Of a DNA stretch of 64,000 bases, positions 30,313 through 38,727 are shown in pieces. Position 1 is the first letter of the stretch; every line of letters starts with the position of its first letter. Source of the DNA: an uncultured bacterium (lineage in GTDB: Bacteria > Fidelibacterota > Marinisomatia > SCGC-AAA003-L08 > GCA-2689995); assembly GCA_964529325.1 (NCBI GenBank), contig CAZGWH010000001.1, positions 2,872 through 66,871 on the forward strand, written 5' to 3'. The translations under genes and the position numbers were made by a program. Under the pieces are notes generated by a model that was given only the letters and a program-made list of their open reading frames with translations, ran no database searches and was not told the DNA's origin.

Positions 30313-31383
30313 ATGAATGACTATCATGTAATATTAGCAGGCGGGTTTGGTTCACGATTTTGGCCCAGAAGTCGAAAGGATAATCCCAAACAATTATTAA
30401 AAATATTTGGTAATGAGTCAATGATTCGCCTTACGGTTAATCGATTAAAAAAGCTCACGACACCTTTGAATATTCTAATTGTAGCCTCTGAAAATTTATG
30501 CAATAAAATGAAAATTGAATTACCAGAGATTCCAAATAATAATTTTATTATTGAACCGAGTGGTAGAAATACAGCTCCAGCCATTGGTTTAGCAGCCATC
30601 CATGTTTATCAAAGAAATAAAAATGCAGTCATGTGTATTTACCCTGCTGATCATTTAATTGTAGAAAATGATAAATTTTGTGAAATTGTTACAGAAGGAA
30701 TCCATTTTGCTCAAGAACATTCTGCTTTAATCACTATGGGAATAAAACCAACTTATCCTGCAACGGGATATGGTTATATTCAATTTGGTAATTCTCACAC
30801 AGATAATTCAAATATTTATAAAGTAAAAACTTTTGCAGAAAAGCCACCATTAAAGAGTGCAGAACGATTTTTAGAAACGGGTGAGTTTTTATGGAATTCA
30901 GGTATGTTTATTTGGAAAGCAGAAATAATACTATTAGAAATGAAAACATATATGCCTGAGCTTCATGAATCTCTTGATGTAATATTTGACTCATTTGAAT
31001 CTGGAAAATATGACATAATATTAGACCGAGAATGGGAAATTATACAACCTGAAAGTATTGATTATGGAATTATGGAAAAAGCAAAAAATGTATTTACGCT
31101 AAAAGCTGATTTTAGTTGGAATGATATGGGCACATGGAAATCGGTGTATGATGTATTATCAAAAGATAAAAATGGGATGATACTTCAGGGTAATGTTCTT
31201 TCTGTTGAATCAAAAAATTCAATTATTTATAGTCAGGATAGGTTAACAGCCGTTATTGGAATTGATAATATTGCTGTGGTCAATACGGATGATGCAACAT
31301 TAATTATGCCAATGGATCATGCCGAAAAAGTGAAAGAAATTGTAAATCAATTAACTGCTTCAGAAATGAATGAATTTTTATGA
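30313..31383 (+). CDS. manC: Mannose-1-phosphate guanylyltransferase
   Basis: ILAGGFGSRFWPRSR..PKQ, EPSGRNTAPAI, FAEKP, WNSGMF, WNDMGTW. Confidence 0.94.
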   Translation: MNDYHVILAGGFGSRFWPRSRKDNPKQLLKIFGNESMIRLTVNRLKKLTTPLNILIVASENLCNKMKIELPEIPNNNFIIEPSGRNTAPAIGLAAIHVYQRNKNAVMCIYPADHLIVENDKFCEIVTEGIHFAQEHSALITMGIKPTYPATGYGYIQFGNSHTDNSNIYKVKTFAEKPPLKSAERFLETGEFLWNSGMFIWKAEIILLEMKTYMPELHESLDVIFDSFESGKYDIILDREWEIIQPESIDYGIMEKAKNVFTLKADFSWNDMGTWKSVYDVLSKDKNGMILQGNVLSVESKNSIIYSQDRLTAVIGIDNIAVVNTDDATLIMPMDHAEKVKEIVNQLTASEMNEFL

Positions 31384-31637
31384 AGAAAAATAAAATTATT
31401 GAAGAATTTGAACTATTATCTGAAAAATTAGGATATAAAGTGATACATGGACGAGGTACCTTTACAGGTGATTCATGTATTGTTGAGGAAAATAAATATA
31501 TCGTCCTTAATAAAAATAAACCCATCGAACAAAAAATTAAACGATTCTCACAAGTATTTTCTAAAATCGATCTTTCTAATGTATTTTTAAAACCTGCAAT
31601 TAGAGAACTTGTAAATCAAGAAAAATTAGAATTGTAA
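31380..31637 (+). CDS. Small hypothetical protein
   Basis: Overlaps the manC stop; GRGTFTGDSC...LNKNKP pattern; no function assigned. Confidence 0.7.
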   Translation: MKKNKIIEEFELLSEKLGYKVIHGRGTFTGDSCIVEENKYIVLNKNKPIEQKIKRFSQVFSKIDLSNVFLKPAIRELVNQEKLEL

Positions 31638-31647
31638 TAATCTATAT

Positions 31648-32961
31648 TTACCCAAATAATTTTAAAATATAAGCCATCGAATTCATTCGTTGTTTTAATA
31701 TTTGAGTAGAAGATTGCATTAAAATTTCAGCCTTCATTTGATTCATCGATTCCTTTGCAAAATCTATATCCTCAATTCGACTTCTTGATTTTTCTGTATT
31801 TAATATATGTGTTGATAAATTCATTTCTTTATTATCTAACCGATTTATTGTTCTTCCAATATTCTGTGAGAGCTTCAACAATATAGATAAGTTGTCTTCA
31901 ATTTGAGTTAAAAAATCTGGTTTAGCAGTGTTTAATATTTGATTTTTCACCTCTGAAATCACACTAGAAAAGTCATCATTAATATTTATTGTAAATCCAT
32001 CAGAGCCATTTGTAATTGATTCAAAATCATTATAAAATCCTGGTTCCGTAACTGTTATTAATTTACCATTTATACTATTTATTGCTGTTAATGCTTCACT
32101 TTGTCCTGAATCACCTTGATCCGGATTCTCATCTCCAACAACCATTAAATATCGATTTGAACCAACTCTAAATTCCATATTATTAGCAGTATCTTCAATT
32201 GCATCATAAGTGGGTTCAATAGATCCATCTAGCGTATTTTGATTCCAAATATTATTTATAAAATCATCAGTATCTGTCGTTAATTCTCCAACAATTGGAT
32301 TACCCCCGTTTAATGATGCACCAAACCGTGTTAATCCCAAAGCTAAATCAATATTTTCAGATTCAAGTTCATTTACTAAATTTTGTAAGTTATTTTCTAT
32401 TCCAGCTTGTTCCTCACCCAAACTTCCACTATTATCCATAATAATTGCTAAATCAACTTTAATATCTTCACTGAATGTTAAATTTAAACTTGATATATCA
32501 AAATTAATTTCTAGCTTATCTGTTGAATCACTACCCACTTGAAATTCAAAAGAATCTGTATTTAATATGTCAAAACCATTAAAATTTGAAGAGTTTAAAA
32601 TATCCAAAATTTCACTACCTACGGCATTCATTCTATCCAATAATGCATTTTTTTGACTAGAATTATAAGATCCATCATTATATGATATTGCTTCTTTTTT
32701 TAATTCAATTAACCTATTTATTGCAGATTGTACAGATCCATCGGCAATAGATAGCATATTAGAAGCGGTAGATATATTTCTCATTGCAATTTCAGAATTT
32801 CGAACTCTTTCTTCAAGTGATTTTGCAATATGGTAATCTGCGGGTGATTCTTCAAGTAAATTCTTTTTTCCAGATGATAATTTAGAAAATGAATTACTTA
32901 CACTATTCGATGCTTTCTTTAATCCATTTAGATTATTATATATTCCAATTGTCTCTAACAT
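31648..32961 (-). CDS. Flagellin with a von Willebrand factor A domain in the hypervariable region
   Basis: N-term KLSSG, ADGSVQ, NFNG, FQVG; C-term RSRIEDIDFAKE...ILMQ; central DLAIIMDNSGS (MIDAS DxSxS) and LMVVGDE; start moved to ATG 32961. Confidence 0.85.
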   Translation of the reverse strand: MLETIGIYNNLNGLKKASNSVSNSFSKLSSGKKNLLEESPADYHIAKSLEERVRNSEIAMRNISTASNMLSIADGSVQSAINRLIELKKEAISYNDGSYNSSQKNALLDRMNAVGSEILDILNSSNFNGFDILNTDSFEFQVGSDSTDKLEINFDISSLNLTFSEDIKVDLAIIMDNSGSLGEEQAGIENNLQNLVNELESENIDLALGLTRFGASLNGGNPIVGELTTDTDDFINNIWNQNTLDGSIEPTYDAIEDTANNMEFRVGSNRYLMVVGDENPDQGDSGQSEALTAINSINGKLITVTEPGFYNDFESITNGSDGFTININDDFSSVISEVKNQILNTAKPDFLTQIEDNLSILLKLSQNIGRTINRLDNKEMNLSTHILNTEKSRSRIEDIDFAKESMNQMKAEILMQSSTQILKQRMNSMAYILKLFG

Positions 32962-32969
32962 AGTAAATA

Positions 32970-32995
32970 TTATCGACAAAATAATATAATCTTTA
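32970..32995 (-). promoter_or_regulatory. Sigma28 (FliA/SigD)-like promoter
   Basis: Minus strand TAAA-N14-GTCGATAA versus consensus TAAA-N15-GCCGATAA; -10 ends 8 nt before the flagellin ATG. Confidence 0.6.
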
Positions 32996-33066
32996 ATTAT
33001 ATTTAATAAAATTATATAAAAAACCATAAAATTAATTATTTTATATTAATAAATATTTCACTTTTA

Positions 33067-33088
33067 TTAGTAAGTAAGTGCTTACTAA
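33067..33088. promoter_or_regulatory. Candidate TetR operator
   Basis: TTAGTAAG-taagtg-CTTACTAA, perfect 8-bp arms, 10 nt before the tetR ATG at 33099. Confidence 0.65.
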
Positions 33089-33098
33089 ATTATTAGCG

Positions 33099-33710
33099 AT
33101 GGCAATAACACGAATGAAAAAAGAAGATCGAATTCAACAAATTAAGGATGTAACATTATCGCTTATTTCAAAAAAAGCAATAAGTGCAATTCGTACAGCT
33201 GAAATTGCTCGTATGGCGAATGTTTCCGAAGCTACATTATTTAAATATTTTAATAGTAAGGAAGAAATTTTTGAATCGATTATTGAGCAATTTATTAATT
33301 TTGAATATCCAAATATTGATTATGAAGAAATAACTACTCCACAGAAATTTAGAGAATATTTAAATACATATATGTCAAGTTTAATAAATATTGATAATAA
33401 CAGAATTGCATTTCTCCATTTATTATTACAAATTAGTATGGATAAACATCCATTAGCAAAAGTAAAATATAATCAAACGGTAAATGGTTTTTGGAATATT
33501 ATGGAAAATAGAATTGAATATGGAAAACTTCATTGGAACTTTAATTCAAATTTTAATACAAAAATTCAAGTTAGACTCTTCCTTCTCTCTGTTTTAATGT
33601 TTTTAATAGAACAGGAAGTTTTTGATGCAAAGTTACAAGATCCATTTTCATTAGAGAAAGTAAAGGACACAGCAATAGATAATTTATTTAAATTATTAAT
33701 AATTAAATAA
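33099..33710 (+). CDS. TetR/AcrR family transcriptional regulator
   Basis: IARMANVSEATLFKYFNSKEEIF HTH; ATG 33099 preferred because the track GTG start (33078) lies inside the palindrome. Confidence 0.92.
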   Translation: MAITRMKKEDRIQQIKDVTLSLISKKAISAIRTAEIARMANVSEATLFKYFNSKEEIFESIIEQFINFEYPNIDYEEITTPQKFREYLNTYMSSLINIDNNRIAFLHLLLQISMDKHPLAKVKYNQTVNGFWNIMENRIEYGKLHWNFNSNFNTKIQVRLFLLSVLMFLIEQEVFDAKLQDPFSLEKVKDTAIDNLFKLLIIK

Positions 33711-33739
33711 TTTTTTTAACATAAATAAGGAATAATAAA

Positions 33740-34270
33740 ATGAATAAGATAAAAACAAAAATAAATTTAATTGGTTTAATATCAATTATTACTTTATCAG
33801 CAATTTCACTTAATCAATCAGCAGGTAGTATTAGTGGTAATTCTGGGTCTGATAACGGTGATGTTTTCCCTGTTATTGCTCAGGATTTTAATATAAATGT
33901 GAGTGAAGCAAATGATGGATTTAGAGATATTAGCGTAATTATACCCGTTGATGAAATAACTACAGATAATTGGATGCGAGATGTTCATATGAGAATGTCA
34001 ATATTTGATAGTAAATATAAAAATATTGAATTTATGAGTAAAACAAACATTCCATTAGAATCAGGAATTTATGATTTAGCAGGTAATTTAAAAATAAATG
34101 GCATATCAAATCCTTCTACATTACAGATTGAAATTTATAATAAGGGTGATAATTTATTTGCAAAAGGTTCATCAACTGTTAGTTTAACTGCATATAAAAT
34201 TGCTTCCCCTGGAATGGGTTCAATGAAAGTAAAAGATAAAATTTCGATTAACTTTGATTTAAAACTCTAA
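33740..34270 (+). CDS. YceI-like secreted lipid/isoprenoid-binding protein
   Basis: Signal peptide; TDNWMRDVHM, GNLKINGI, C-terminal KVKDKISINFDLKL pattern. Confidence 0.75.
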   Translation: MNKIKTKINLIGLISIITLSAISLNQSAGSISGNSGSDNGDVFPVIAQDFNINVSEANDGFRDISVIIPVDEITTDNWMRDVHMRMSIFDSKYKNIEFMSKTNIPLESGIYDLAGNLKINGISNPSTLQIEIYNKGDNLFAKGSSTVSLTAYKIASPGMGSMKVKDKISINFDLKL

Positions 34271-34280
34271 ACTTAAAATA

Positions 34281-34487
34281 ATGAATTTTATTCATAATTT
34301 AAGTTTATTTGATAAACGATTACGAGTTTTACTGGGCATATTCTTTGAAATAATTGCTGTATTAATTCCGTTTAGTTTTTGGTTGAAAATAATTTTTCTC
34401 ACAATGTCAATTTATGGAATTGGAACAAGCGCAATTGGAGTATGCCCAATATATAAAATATTTGGAATCTCAACATGTTCAAAATAA
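34281..34487 (+). CDS. DUF2892 (YgaP-like) membrane protein
   Basis: NLSLFDKRLRVLLG...GVCPIYKIFGISTC. Confidence 0.8.
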   Translation: MNFIHNLSLFDKRLRVLLGIFFEIIAVLIPFSFWLKIIFLTMSIYGIGTSAIGVCPIYKIFGISTCSK

Positions 34488-34497
34488 AACCCGTATA

Positions 34498-35442
34498 ATG
34501 AAAATTAAAAATGACTATGGGCCAATTGTTTTATTTCAATTTGGAAAATATTATTTTACTACATTTGGATTTCTTCTTGGTGTTGGCACACTCCTCGGAT
34601 TCATCCAATTTTTATTTTTTTTAGGATATAGAGGTGTAACATTAGAATCTAAATTAATTTCTCAGTTAATTTTATATATTGGTATTTCAATCCCTTTAGG
34701 CTCTTATTTAATGGCACGATTTACAGATATTCCAAAATTAATAACTGGAAAATTATTATTAAAAAATTACTTTAGAATTCCTGGATTTAGCTTTTGGGGA
34801 GGGTTGATTTTAGGAGGATTAATTATAATCATTTTTTCATTATTTCATCAAATACCATTGTTATGCTTAACCGATTCTTTAGTAATTGGATTATCGTTTG
34901 GTCAAATATTTGGGCGTTTAGGATGTTTAAATTATGGATGTTGCCATGGTATTGAGTGTGAAAACAATTCATGGTTTATTAAATATAATCATCCTAATTC
35001 CAAGGTTTACCGAACAGACCAACGCTTAATTGGCAAACCACTATATCCAACACAAATTATTTCAGCATTAAGTAATTTCATTATTTGGACTATTTTAATT
35101 TCTATGACTATTGGTATAAATAATATGTCAACCGGAATTTTAACAATTATCTATTTAATATTATTTAGTCTAAAACGCTTTTTAATAGAATTTTATAGAG
35201 GTGAACTTCCTCGAACAAATTTTTTCACTTTTACACTATGGCAATGGCTAAGTATAATTTTGTTTTCAATTGGAATTTATATCACAATTCATTTAAGTGG
35301 GTTTGAACTGCCTACTAAATTATTACATTCATTTGAAATGGGAATAACTTATGTTTATGATTCTATTTCAATTGTGTTAATTACTGTATTCATATTAACA
35401 TCAATTTACTCTTTTCATTATCGAAAAGTTGGATCTTGGTAA
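34498..35442 (+). CDS. Divergent Lgt-family (prolipoprotein diacylglyceryl transferase-like) membrane protein
   Basis: FSFWGG, FGRLGCLNYGCCHG, YPTQI, FLIEFYRG; start placed at ATG 34498. Confidence 0.8.
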   Translation: MKIKNDYGPIVLFQFGKYYFTTFGFLLGVGTLLGFIQFLFFLGYRGVTLESKLISQLILYIGISIPLGSYLMARFTDIPKLITGKLLLKNYFRIPGFSFWGGLILGGLIIIIFSLFHQIPLLCLTDSLVIGLSFGQIFGRLGCLNYGCCHGIECENNSWFIKYNHPNSKVYRTDQRLIGKPLYPTQIISALSNFIIWTILISMTIGINNMSTGILTIIYLILFSLKRFLIEFYRGELPRTNFFTFTLWQWLSIILFSIGIYITIHLSGFELPTKLLHSFEMGITYVYDSISIVLITVFILTSIYSFHYRKVGSW

Positions 35443-35444
35443 AT

Positions 35445-35654
35445 TTATTTATTATCTTTAAAAATAATTTTCGAAATAATTATTCCAAAGCAATATCCAT
35501 TTATAGAAGCACCCAAAAACATTGTAGGTGGAATAAATAGTAACCAATGCACATTTTCAATTCCACTTAATAAAATACCCGTCCACAAGAAACATCCAGA
35601 TATAAAAAAGAAAAATCGTTGAAATGGTTTTAATTTATGAGATTTAAGATTCAT
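35445..35654 (-). CDS. Small DUF2892-like membrane protein
   Basis: Two TM segments and ASINGYCFG motif. Confidence 0.6.
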   Translation of the reverse strand: MNLKSHKLKPFQRFFFFISGCFLWTGILLSGIENVHWLLFIPPTMFLGASINGYCFGIIISKIIFKDNK

Positions 35655-36192
35655 ATTTTACTTTCAATGAAATTGGTTTAACAATCAATGGTAAAAGTAT
35701 ATGTACCATTCCTAATACCACACCACCTATTACAGCTTGCCATGATATAAAAATTGCAAATGGCGTAACATCGTATAATGAATTTGTTGACTTCAAACTC
35801 CATTGACTAAACTCAGTCATTCCAAATAATATAAACAAATATGTAAAATGTAATCCATTAGCAATAATATGCACTAAATATTCTTTGTCTGGCAGACCAC
35901 CCATTAATTCACGACTATCGTATTCAGTTAATATATCAACTACAAGCACGATAACATCAATTAGAGCTAAAAAAAGAGCCACCCAGAGTAAAACTCCACT
36001 TATATTTTTTATGAGTAAAAGATAAATGATAGTAGGAAATAATAAAGCTCTCGCAGAATGAAGCCAATGTTCATATCGAGATTCTTCCCATTTGTAGAGT
36101 TTAAATTTCCAAATATGATAATAAAAACCATCAATAAGCCCAATTCCAGCAAATAGTGCAATTATAATAGCGATGTATGTAGTTGAAATCAA
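35644..36192 (-). CDS. Multi-TM hypothetical protein with conserved-looking His/Glu residues
   Basis: DGFYYH, EHWLH, EYLVH motifs within TM helices; co-oriented with arsR. Confidence 0.65.
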   Translation of the reverse strand: MISTTYIAIIIALFAGIGLIDGFYYHIWKFKLYKWEESRYEHWLHSARALLFPTIIYLLLIKNISGVLLWVALFLALIDVIVLVVDILTEYDSRELMGGLPDKEYLVHIIANGLHFTYLFILFGMTEFSQWSLKSTNSLYDVTPFAIFISWQAVIGGVVLGMVHILLPLIVKPISLKVKYES

Positions 36193-36205
36193 AATTTATC
36201 TCCTT

Positions 36206-36523
36206 TTAACAACACGAATTTAACACATCTAAAAAAGAATTGAGATTAGTTTTAATTGATTTAAAATCAAGACCATACACAACTTCTCGCCCCTGCTTTG
36301 TTTTTATCATTATACCAGACTCATACATCATGGACAAATGGCGAGATACATTAGACTGATTAATATCAATTTTTTCTGATACTTGTCCTACCGTCATTTG
36401 CCCATGTTCCATAAAGAGAAGTACAATTTCAGCTCTACTATTATCACTAAATGCCTTGAAAAAATTTCCAGACAAAAATGATTTACATTGTTTTAATAGT
36501 GATTTTCCGCAACAACTTCCCAT
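36206..36523 (-). CDS. ArsR/SmtB family regulator
   Basis: FKAFSDNSRAEI, QSNVSRHL, GREVVY; Cys pairs at both termini. Confidence 0.9.
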   Translation of the reverse strand: MGSCCGKSLLKQCKSFLSGNFFKAFSDNSRAEIVLLFMEHGQMTVGQVSEKIDINQSNVSRHLSMMYESGIMIKTKQGREVVYGLDFKSIKTNLNSFLDVLNSCC

Positions 36524-36535
36524 AATTAGATCTGG

Positions 36536-36784
36536 TTATTTAGATTTACTACAACAGTTAGAATCTGGTGAACAACAAGAACAACAGCAACATTTACCTC
36601 TCCAGGATCTCAAGACAAATCCAAGAACAATTAATGGTAATCCAAATACTGCAAGATGTCCACAGCAAGTAGCACAACATTGTCCAAATAATCCAATACT
36701 AACTAAATACGCACCCCCAACAAATGTTATAAAATCAATTAGACCATATAAATATTGGCAAGATTTACTTTTTTCGCAGTTCAT
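36536..36784 (-). CDS. Cys-rich two-TM membrane microprotein
   Basis: AAGGAG SD; 14 Cys in 82 aa including CCATCC and CCCCSCC...CC. Confidence 0.75.
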   Translation of the reverse strand: MNCEKSKSCQYLYGLIDFITFVGGAYLVSIGLFGQCCATCCGHLAVFGLPLIVLGFVLRSWRGKCCCCSCCSPDSNCCSKSK

Positions 36785-36812
36785 AATATCTCCTTTGTTT
36801 AATTATTTTATT

Positions 36813-36856
36813 TGCGTCAACACGCATAAGTTAAATATTATATGCATTTACACGCA
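36813..36856. promoter_or_regulatory. Tandem palindromic operator pair flanking a -10 box
   Basis: TGCGT-caac-ACGCA (36813-36826) and TGCAT-ttac-ACGCA (36843-36856); minus-strand TATAAT at 36842-36837 between them. Confidence 0.65.
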
Positions 36857-37038
36857 AGTATTTTAATAAAAAATCTTTTCTGTCGATTTATAAAATAATT
36901 TCAATAAAATTTGATATCAAAATCGGGATTACATAGGAAAATCAACACATGTCCTAACTAAAATTGAAGATTTAACTTTCATCAAAAGACATTCAATAAA
37001 AAGATTAAAAGGTGAAATATGTAAAAGCTGAATAAATA

Positions 37039-38640
37039 TTATTCTAAAATAATATTTACAATTGAAATTATATCAGAAATATTTACTTCATTATCCAAAT
37101 TTAAATCACTTAATGCTATTTGAGCATCGGATAATATAGAATTGCCCAACACATATTCAACAATTATAATTATATCTAAAATATTTAATATTGCATCATT
37201 ATTTACATTTCCCATAATAACAGAAATACATGTATTCATTGAAAATGGTGGGATGGAAATTTGATTTAATCCTGCTTCATAGGATCTATTTATAGAATCA
37301 TACCCATCAATTTCTTTCCTTAAAGTATCAGCTGTCCAATGAGTCCATAATAAGTCATTATTAAATGCATTTTCCACTGAAATAATAAGAGTCGTATCAG
37401 AGACATTTGTAATAATTCCAGATTCGTCAAAATCATTATTAAATTTCCAACCAAATAACCGAGGACAATTAATAAACTTTTCAATTCCGCCATTTGTTAC
37501 AAACATAATTGTATCAGAGAAGGATTCAGGAAATTGTAATTGTATATTTTCAGTCATATCCTTTGCCATCCAATCATATAACATCGCTGAAAATGCAGTT
37601 GCCCTTTTTTGAAAATGTTCATCTTCGCTATTATTAATAGCATCAAACCCTGTTGGCCCACCTACATTATGTGCAAGTAACATAGTAACCAAATTATTTC
37701 TCATTATATTGTCAGTCATTGATGATAAAAATAAGGAATGTAACCAAGTATTTCGATAAATATGTTCTTCTGATTTATCAAATAAATTATATTCTGTTAC
37801 CCAGATTTCATGATTTTGAATTAGTGCAGTTGTATCCTGAAATCCTCTCCATTCTTCTATTCGAGGGATATCAAAATATGGATAGCTAATAAATTGTCTA
37901 TCTGTATATCCCGCATGAGAATCTTTCATATATAAATATACATGCCAAGTTAAAGCATCAAATGAATCCGATTGAATATTTGCATATAAACTATCATTCC
38001 AATGAGTAGCTCTTTCAGAGTCCCCTCTATTCCCTCCAGTTATTGTTATTTTGGCTTCTGGTAATATAGTTTGTAGTGAATCAATATATATTTGGCAATC
38101 GCGAGCATAATCACCAGCTGTAGGGTATTTCGCAATATAAAATTCATTAGGATGATTTATTTCACTACCTAATTCTAAATTTCTAAATTGCATACCATTT
38201 TGCATCGCATTAGTAACAGATTCCATTGAGGTTCTAACATCCGTAGTAATCATATTCATAATAAAAATACCTTCTGCCCCAGTAACATTTAACGCATTTT
38301 GAAAATGAATAGGACGAATATCGATTTGAGGTAGGTTTATCCAATTATTTGGTAAAGTATCAACAGGAAGAGTATCATTAATTATTGGCTCATCTAAAAA
38401 CCAACCCGTTGCCCAATCCCAATATGAGGCACCTGAAGGGTATCGGAGGATATCAGGTTTCATTGTTGCCACAGAATCAGTAAACTCTCCATTAATCCAA
38501 GATGGCCCACGCACAGTATTTCCATTAAAACCATATTTTGGAACAGAACGAGTTTCCCCCAATGAAACTTCAATATCTTGAGAAATACTTATTGAAACCA
38601 GAAAAACTAAATTAACTAAAAGAAACCTCATAATTACCAT
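37039..38640 (-). CDS. Secreted clan GH-A-like glycoside hydrolase (GH79/GH51-like) with C-terminal dockerin-like domain
   Basis: Signal peptide; LRYPSG..YWDW, LELGSE, WHVY, IWVTEYN; tail GNVNNDAILNILD...SDLNLDNEVNISD. Confidence 0.72.
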   Translation of the reverse strand: MVIMRFLLVNLVFLVSISISQDIEVSLGETRSVPKYGFNGNTVRGPSWINGEFTDSVATMKPDILRYPSGASYWDWATGWFLDEPIINDTLPVDTLPNNWINLPQIDIRPIHFQNALNVTGAEGIFIMNMITTDVRTSMESVTNAMQNGMQFRNLELGSEINHPNEFYIAKYPTAGDYARDCQIYIDSLQTILPEAKITITGGNRGDSERATHWNDSLYANIQSDSFDALTWHVYLYMKDSHAGYTDRQFISYPYFDIPRIEEWRGFQDTTALIQNHEIWVTEYNLFDKSEEHIYRNTWLHSLFLSSMTDNIMRNNLVTMLLAHNVGGPTGFDAINNSEDEHFQKRATAFSAMLYDWMAKDMTENIQLQFPESFSDTIMFVTNGGIEKFINCPRLFGWKFNNDFDESGIITNVSDTTLIISVENAFNNDLLWTHWTADTLRKEIDGYDSINRSYEAGLNQISIPPFSMNTCISVIMGNVNNDAILNILDIIIIVEYVLGNSILSDAQIALSDLNLDNEVNISDIISIVNIILE

Positions 38641-38727
38641 TATTAAATTAGGGATAATTTATGTAAGTTTTAAATCACTGCATAATAAAAAAACAGAGAA
38701 TTGATGTTTTAATAACAGCAAAGCAAG

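Noticed and set aside
36456-36866. 136-aa plus-strand ORF with a Gln-rich run
   Set aside because: Gln run is the reverse complement of the Cys codons of the minus-strand gene, which has an SD and operon context
36909-36922. TTTGATATCAAA palindrome
   Set aside because: Short and AT-rich; expected by chance at this base composition
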